DNA from: Eledone cirrhosa
Taxonomy: Eukaryota
Length of the DNA: 64,000 nucleotides
Direction of reading: 5' to 3'
Assembly (NCBI GenBank): GCA_964016885.1
Contig: OZ024743.1
Location: forward strand, 262,446,001-262,510,000
A program made the translations under genes and the position numbers. A model generated the notes under the pieces. That model was not told the DNA's origin and ran no database searches. It saw only the letters and a program-made list of their open reading frames with translations. Shown here one piece after another: positions 56,714 through 64,000 of this stretch (its first letter is position 1; every line of letters starts with the position of its first letter).

Positions 56714-59545
56714 TCAGGTGTAGTTTTGGTGTATTTCGGGAAGCATGAGTGTCTTAAAGGATGCAGTGTCTCGGCAGCTAACAATTGACGCAGGCAGTTT
56801 GTTCCATGCTTCAGCAACTCTGAGCGTGAAAAAATGTCTACGAAAGTCATGGGAGCTGTGCTGTTTTCTGATCTTGTAGGCATGTCCACGTGTGTTAGAC
56901 ACATGGAGATCAAAGAGGCGCTCAGGGTTGCAATTGGCGAGATGGTTAAAAACTTTGTGGGTATTCACCAAGTCCATTGCCAGACGTCGGAGCTTCAATG
57001 AATCCATGCCCAGGGAAGCAAGGCGTTCAGAGTATGGTAGGTGTCTGATGGAGGGTATGCGCTTGGTTGCACGTCTCTGAACAGTTTCCAGGAGGTCAAT
57101 GTTCTGAGCAAGATAGGGGTTCCAGACTGATGATGCGAATTCCAAGTGTGGTCGCACCATAGCTGTATACAGTTTTAAATAGATGGCTGGAGAGCGGCTA
57201 ACAAAGGTCTTGCTGAGTGATGCCAAGACACCCTCGGTCTTCTTGACAATCTTAGAGACATGCTTTGTCCAACGCAAATCGTTGCTGACAGTAATGCTCA
57301 GGTCACGTTCACAAGAGGACTTTTTGATATCAGTGTTGTGGAGGGAGTATGTGGACGCTGGATTTTTCCTTCCAAAATGCATGGTGGTACACTTGTCCAC
57401 AGCCAGCTTCAGTTGCCAGTCTGTGATCCATTGCTGCATTGTGTCCAGGTCTGATTGTAGGAAAGAGTTGTAAATTTCAGGATCAGTCCTTTTGATTTCA
57501 AGGTACAGCTTGATGTCATCTGCATATTTTAGTACCGTGGCATTCTGTAAGTTGGCATCTATGTCATTAATATATGCCACAAACAAAAGAGAACCAAGAA
57601 CAGATCCCTGTGGTACACCAGATGACATCTCATATGGTGAAGAATGCTGACCCAGAACCATGACTACTTCTTTTCGGCTGAGAATGAAGGATTTCAACCA
57701 GTCGAAAAGATCATCCCTCACACCCATTGCAGAGAGTTTTGCCATAAGCCTTTTGTGTGGCACAGAATTAAAAGCCTTAGCAAAGTCAAGGTAAACAACA
57801 TCCACCCATGAGCCGCTGTCAGTGATCCGGGTGATGTCCTCAAGGAACTCGATAAGCTGATCACAGCAGCTGGAGTTAGGGATAAATCCAAACTGTGAGG
57901 GCCGGATGAGGCTGTGAGAGCTCCAGAAGTTCCAAAGTGTTTTTCTGACGCAGGATTCCATCAGTTTGGCCATACAGCTAGTAAGACTGACTGGACGATA
58001 GTTGACAGGTGACATGCGGTTGCCCTTTTTGAACAGGGGAATGACACTGGCAGTTTTTCACTGCTCCGGAGTAGCACCATTGTTGAGACAGTATTGAAAG
58101 AAGAAAGAAAGCTGGCGCAAAAGGAAATACCCGCCACGTTTGAGAAGCAGGTATGTCACACCATCAAGACCAGGGGAGGCATAGTTGCGCTTATTCTTAA
58201 GGTGACGTCGCAACATTGCAGGTGTAAATTCCATAGTTGTTATGGAATTTGATGTTAGAGATGGTGGAGATGGTACATTCTGGTTTTCAACAGTAAAAAT
58301 ACTTGCATAGCACTCAGCAATGAGTTCTGCGCATTCCTTGGGATCATCAGTCATCTGGCTTGTGTGGGGATTGCGAAGAGGACCAACTGGAGAGTGAGGT
58401 CTCTGCTTTGAATGAACATATTTCCAGAACACCTTACTGTCAGGATTGGTTGCGATGCACTGTTCAAATTCAAGCACTGCCTTCTTTGTCACTTGCTTGA
58501 GATGGTTAGAAGATTTATTCTGCTTTTTTCTGTTGGCATCTGATTTATGCAGTTTATATTCCCGTTCAGCGTTCCGACATTCTTTCCTGGCAAGTCGGAC
58601 CGCTGAAGTTTCCCAGATTGCACTTTTGGGGTGGTTATTTTTCCGCTTCCGTGGCACTGATGCTGCACACGCTATCCATATTGAGTCCAGGATGCTCTGG
58701 AGTATAGAGTTCACATCTCCAGAGTTATACATCTCATGCCAGTTTGGGCGCTGCAGCTCAGTGCAGTACAAGTTCCAATCCGCCCTCTTCCAATCAAAGC
58801 AAGCAGATTGGAGATGGCTCTGGTTTTTGTTGCTGCCCTCAAGTGCCAGATTGGCAATGATCATAGCATGATCAGAGTCACCTAGAGGTTCCTCAGTAGT
58901 ACAACTGATAACCACTTCAGGAGTAGTGGTGAAGATCAGGTCCAAAGTGTTGTCACCTCTTGTTGGAGAGGTGACTACTTGTGACCAGTTTGAGTCCAGC
59001 ACTAGTTCAAGGAAATCGTTTGCACCTTGTGGCCAACGAAAGGTTTCCCAATCGATCTCAGGATGATTGAAGCCACCTGCAATAAACACATAAGTGGCTG
59101 TTTTCTTGGCAGCAACTCTGAGGATATCGCAATGCTGTGTGTCCTGATGGTAGTTTGGGGGGCGATAAACAACACCAAGCAGAAGTGTTGACATGGTCAT
59201 ACGTATGTCACAGAAAAAAACTTCTTCCTGTGATTCGTTCAAATCAACGCAAGGAATTACCGAAAAGTTTGAACGAACGTAGACCATCACACCACCACCA
59301 CGGCGGTTAATGCGGTCCTTGCGGAAAAGGTTGTACCCAGTAATGCTGAAAACCCCATCACAGAGTAAGGAATGTGCCCATGTTTCCGTGACTGTGATGA
59401 AGTCAGGGTCGATGCTTCTGACGTAGGATTCGAACAGATGTATCTTGTTGCATAAACTGCGAGCATTTAAGGACAACAATTTGTACCCTGCTCGCAGTTT
59501 ATGATGGTGTGTAGAGGGTGGCAGGTTGTTCTGGTTTAGTTTCCC
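56714..59545 (-). CDS. CR1 ORF2 (APE and RT) with one in-frame TGA at 58060-58058
   Basis: LNARSL, TETW, GGGV, VYRPP, LDL, SDH; PEQ*KTASVIPLFKKG..NYRPVSL, QFGF, YLDFAKAF, GVPQGSVLG, YADD. Confidence 0.9.
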
Positions 59546-60358
59546 AGAGTTGTAGCAGTTTTTACATTGCCAGTTATTGTGGGTAGATCACACTCAGACC
59601 AGCTGGTATCTCTCTTCCACGTTTCACCAGCCTTGACAAACCTCCAGATCTGCCCATCATCACGCAGACTAAAACTTTCATCTTGTGCTGAGTTCCGATT
59701 CAAGGAAGCTGCAGCACGTAGCTTTGGACGTACATGGGATGGTAGGCCTGGGCGTGTTCGGAAGGTAATCCGATTTTCATGCCCAGCTTTAGCAGAGGCC
59801 AGATGATATGAGGTTGCCTCTGCGGGGTCCGAAAAAGACAGCCTGATGAGTCTGGGTTTTGGACCAGGTCGACCAAGGCGGAGAGCACCCTTTGGGGGAA
59901 CACAGCCTAGGTCTTTGGCTGAGCTGGCAGCAAATGCCTGAAGATCAGCCTTGTCCTCTGGTACCCCAATGGCAATCACTTCATAGGTAGCAGATTCTGC
60001 AGTCTTTTCAGTCTTTTCAGCAAGAGGTACAGGGAGATTCTTTAGCAAGGCATTCCGATAAGACCCCTCATTGTGGGGTCCTACCCGAATGCTTGCCTCT
60101 ATTCCTGCAACTTCCCTTCTCAGAGCAGAAATCATTAGTTGCAGTTCCGCAAAATCTGTACTGGTCGGTTGTTGTTGTTGTTGTTGCTGCTGCTGCTGTC
60201 GTTGTTGGTGATGATGATGTTCCTCCACAGGAATGGCAGGGGAGGACACAGTCGCAGGTTGTTGCTGTTGTTGTTGTTGTTGTTGTTGGTGATGATGATG
60301 TTCCTCCACGGGAATGGTAGGGGAAGACACAGTCACCAGTTGTTGGTGTTGAGATGTA

Positions 60359-60360
<2 letters not shown>
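59536..60360 (-). CDS. CR1 ORF1
   Basis: Stop-free frame with a duplicated His/Gln-rich N-terminus, coiled coil FAELQLMISALRREVAGI, and IGVPE..RLGRPGPKPRLIRL; it ends GN*. Confidence 0.75.
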
Positions 60361-60405
<45 letters not shown>

Positions 60406-61861
60406 GCACACACACAGACATGTTTGTGTATGTCACTGTATGCATAATTCAATACCTTTGTAAGCAATACTGGATTTTGGTACAATCTATAATAAAAGCA
60501 GCCACTGAAATCACTGCATAATACAGATTAACAGCCAATCATAAGTGAGAATGTTGTAGTAGTAAATCAAGGGGAGATAACAGATAAAATATATCTAAAA
60601 TGATACTGAGAGCACCCCCTCCCACTTATTTTGCCATTTAATCACTTCTTATCAAGTCTGACTAGGTAGTCTATTTCTTGTTACCACTGCTTTCTTCTTC
60701 TTTGTTTCTTCTTTGCTTCTTCTTTACTTCTTCTTTACTTCTTCTTTGCTTCTTCTTTTTCTTCTCCTTTTTCTTCTCTTTTTTCTTCTTTTTCTTCTCT
60801 TTTTCTTCAACAACAATGTAAAACTTGTTCTGAAGCAGTCAAGCTATCCTCCTTCCCACAAAATTTTCCGACCATTCACCCAACCATTAACCATTCCACC
60901 TTTACTATAGACTTTATTCAGATAGGCAGCTAATATCTCTCTACACCCAATATAAATCTGATTAGAAGAAGTGGTTATAGTTTAAAAATAGCTCTTTATT
61001 AAAGTCTATAAAAATAAAACCTAGCGAAACGAACAAAAAATAAATTCCCTAAAACTTAATCCCCTTCCTTCCTTGCTTAACATCACCAAAAGAATGCAGT
61101 AGGTGGGAGAAAGCCATACACGGAAAGACCTATTCAACCCATAGAAGCATGGAAAATAGCCCTCTCCCACCAATCTCAGAGTCCCTGAAAAGATTATGGA
61201 CACTACTCTACTCTCTCTGACTGAACAATAAAAACAAAATAAACTGATAGATCCTGTATTCTGTTTTCACAGTTTGAGAAAAAAACAACAAAATTCCCTG
61301 CTGAATTACTGAAAAATAAAAGCAATAATTAGTATGAAGTAAACGATAGTCTAAGAATCCAGATGCCATAGGCCTGTAATTGGATATTATATTATGTAAT
61401 ATATCGAAACACATGTCAGAATTACTAATAATTATTGATAAATAAAATATTGAGCAACAACATCTATGCCTCAGTGATTTTTCCATAACCCTTGTCTATT
61501 ATATTATCCTCATTAACATATTCATCCCAAGATTTGAAATTCTTTTTCACTATTCAAACTGAACTTAAAACGATAAGTTCTTGTTTTTGAATATGTCACT
61601 ATCTGTAAAACAACTTTTGTATTTTATCTGAGGGTGCACCAATTTTATCTTGAAATATATATAATAAAATAAATATGGTTTTATAAAGATAGTTTCCATT
61701 TATTATATTATTGATATTATACTCCAGAAGAATCCTGTAGAGTGCTTTGAATCTGTTATAAATAAATTTGTTGAATAACCAACAAATTAAATAACTTTGC
61801 TTATAAATAGCTCCTTCAATGTAGAGCACTTTAAACTATAACAGATTATAAAGAATTAATA

Positions 61862-63478
61862 ATGGAATTTTTCAAGATCTCTTCATCTCTCAAGGATGTA
61901 CCTTTACCTACCAATAAGGAATATTTGAAACAGCTAATAGAAAAATCTGATTCTTTCATAAGGAGACTCCGATGGCGCGCTTTCCATTTTGAAAAGAAAT
62001 CGGAAAAATAAAAAATAAATCTAAATATAACTTTGATCTTAAATCCAGGAAAATCCACCTTTCAACAAACTATTAGCTGAATTTAAAAATGAAATAATCT
62101 CCATAATACAGAATATTAAATTTAAAAGGAATACTCCAAAGGCCTCAAAAGCAAAATAGACAACCTGAAAAAAACCAAGAAAATCCTTGTAAAATCCGAC
62201 AAAACTAACAATTTATACGGAATAGAAAAGGATGATTGTAATAATTTAATATTGAACTTAAGAAGAATTATAAAAAAACCTCTAATGAAGATCTATTAAC
62301 CCTAAATAAAGAAGCTTCGTAAATTAGGTATTCAAAATAAGACTGAACCTTTCATACCAAGGAAACCGAAGATAAATATGAAGGACCACAAAAGAAATTT
62401 CGAAGCGGAACTACCAGCCAGACTTATTGCACCATCTAAATCTGATTTAGGTATAATTAGTAAACATATACTAGATAGAATCATACCAGTACTTAAGCAT
62501 AAATCACACCTTAAACTCTGGAACGGTACAAATGAAGTAATAGATTGGTTCGCAGACATTAAATTAAAACATAGGAAAAAATTTATACAAATGGATATTG
62601 CTAATTACTACTCCTCAATTACCCCTAACTTACTTAATAAGGCACTCAATTACGCTTCAAAATATACTGACTTATCTAGTGATGAAATAAATATTATTTT
62701 AACCGCACGTAAAACCCTGATTGAATTTAATAACCATCTCTGGACTAGGACTGATAGACAGAACAATTTTGATATCACAATGGGATCATTTGACTCAGCG
62801 CAAGTAACAGACCTCGTTGGAATATTTATTCTTAACGTACTACATAGAAAAATGCCAAAGATGGCCGGAGGTTTATATCTCGACACTATGTTACTTATAG
62901 TTGATAACCATAGCAATAGCGAAATTAGTAGAAAAAAAAATTATCATAGAATTTTTCAATAATTATAATCTTAATAATAAAACTGTTAACTTCTTAGATG
63001 TCACTTTAAACCTTAGCCCAGGACTGTATCACCCTTTCCATAAGATTAATGAAAACCTAAACTTTGTAAGCGTCCATTCTAACTATCCTAGAAATGTCAA
63101 AAATGCTATTGTCAATAGTGTCCAGCAACGAATTTCACGCATTTCAGCCAATAAAAATATTTTTGATAATAGGGCAGATTACAATGATGCTTTACATAGA
63201 GCTGGTTACACGAATAAAATTAAATACTTAGATAACAATAACATGCAAAATCATCCTAAAATTTACTATAATAATAATAAGCAATTTAACATAAATAGTA
63301 AATCAAACAAAAGAACTAGAACTAGAAATATTATTTGGTACTCTCCCCCAATCTCATTAGGAGTTAAAACACCTGTAGCAAACCTATTTTCAAAGCATTA
63401 GATAAGCGTTTTCCTAAATCCCATAGATACCACTCTATTTTTAACAGGCATACTATAAAACTATCTTACTCTACTACA
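61862..63478 (+). mobile_element. Penelope-like element RT region (decayed; Nematis-like by motif recall)
   Basis: SLKDVPLP...FIRRLRWRAF, KSDKTN, KDHK..RLIAPSKS, MDIANYYSSI, FDITMGSFDSAQ, VNFLDVTL, HSNYP, RNIIWYSPP, IFNRHTIKLSYS. Confidence 0.85.
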
Positions 63479-64000
63479 GACACGGGCGCCCGGGTAGGGA
63501 CCCATCGAAAAAGGTCTGTCCCAGATGCGTGTGCGACGAGGAAACCGTTGCACACGCATTGGTACACTGCTCGGGCATTGCCGATCTGTGGGGCTATGTC
63601 GAACAACTGCTGTCAAGGGTGGGACCGATCCGGTTGACCACCGAGTCTATTGTAACGATCAAGCCGCCTCCCCTCTTCAAAAACGAAGGAGAGGGGGTGT
63701 TTCTGTGCGTAATAGCCATGGCGAAAGAGGTTGTATGGTGGACGCGTCTGAAAGGACTGAGGTTAGACACCTTTCTCTCTGGCCAACAACTGGTCCGTTT
63801 CTTCCGATATCATTTCGGAAGAAGGATCAGGATGGAGAGAGAGGTGCTGCACCCCAGCCGTTTCTATGAAAGATGGGTGAAAGTGGCGAGAATGGCCCGT
63901 GTGAATGGGCCTTCACTCTACATCAGACTATAGGTGAGGAAGATGAAAGACCAAGGGAGCACCCCTTCTCTGTGCTCCTGAGGAGAAGGGTTGCACACTT
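63474..64000 (+). mobile_element. Tx1/L1-clade LINE 3' fragment inserted into the Penelope-like element
   Basis: Peptide 63529-63933 is colinear with the C-terminus of 34817-35833; the junction shares CTACA microhomology. Confidence 0.9.

Larger units (their letters stand above)
56550..60361 (-). mobile_element. CR1-clade LINE, near full length (ORF1 and ORF2)
   Basis: ORF1 with a coiled-coil segment and RLG..PR.I.L motif, ORF2 APE-RT, an (ATT)n tail, and a 5' end abutting (AT)n. Confidence 0.95.

Noticed and set aside
58058-58060. TGA at a conserved Trp in CR1 ORF2 might be rescued by A-to-I editing
   Set aside because: A 5' G neighbour is disfavoured by ADAR, and the copy has other damaging substitutions (GDFN>GGFN, KAFD>KAFN, GP>GS). 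Ordinary decay is the simpler explanation.

Overview
AT-rich, microsatellite-dense animal DNA. It is most likely from a coleoid cephalopod such as an octopus; this is an inference from the CORE-type and tRNA-derived SINE families, the RTE LINEs with (GAT)n tails and the abundant (TA)n tracts. The window is almost entirely nested transposable elements, probably intronic or intergenic. Retrotransposons: a near-complete Gypsy-like LTR element (21418-25561, -) with a clear -1 frameshift pseudoknot; two long RTE LINEs carrying a PHD finger inside ORF2, one almost intact (50015-53500); a near-full-length CR1 (56550-60361, -); three Tx1/L1-clade copies; a Penelope-like element; relics of CRE, R4/Dong and Gypsy elements; and many SINEs. 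DNA transposons: a hAT-Buster relic, piggyBac and Tc1/mariner MITEs, and several Helitrons with exact termini. The only candidate host coding sequence is one minus-strand exon cut by the 200-N gap. There is no prokaryotic system and no CRISPR array. The most notable observations are the PHD-bearing RTE with its SINE partner and their shared (TA)n landing sites, ribosomal frameshift signals in two unrelated retroelements, (AT)n-centred palindromes, close inverted LINE pairs that could form dsRNA, and a degenerate minimal hammerhead ribozyme. All assignments come from reading motifs by eye; no database searches were run.
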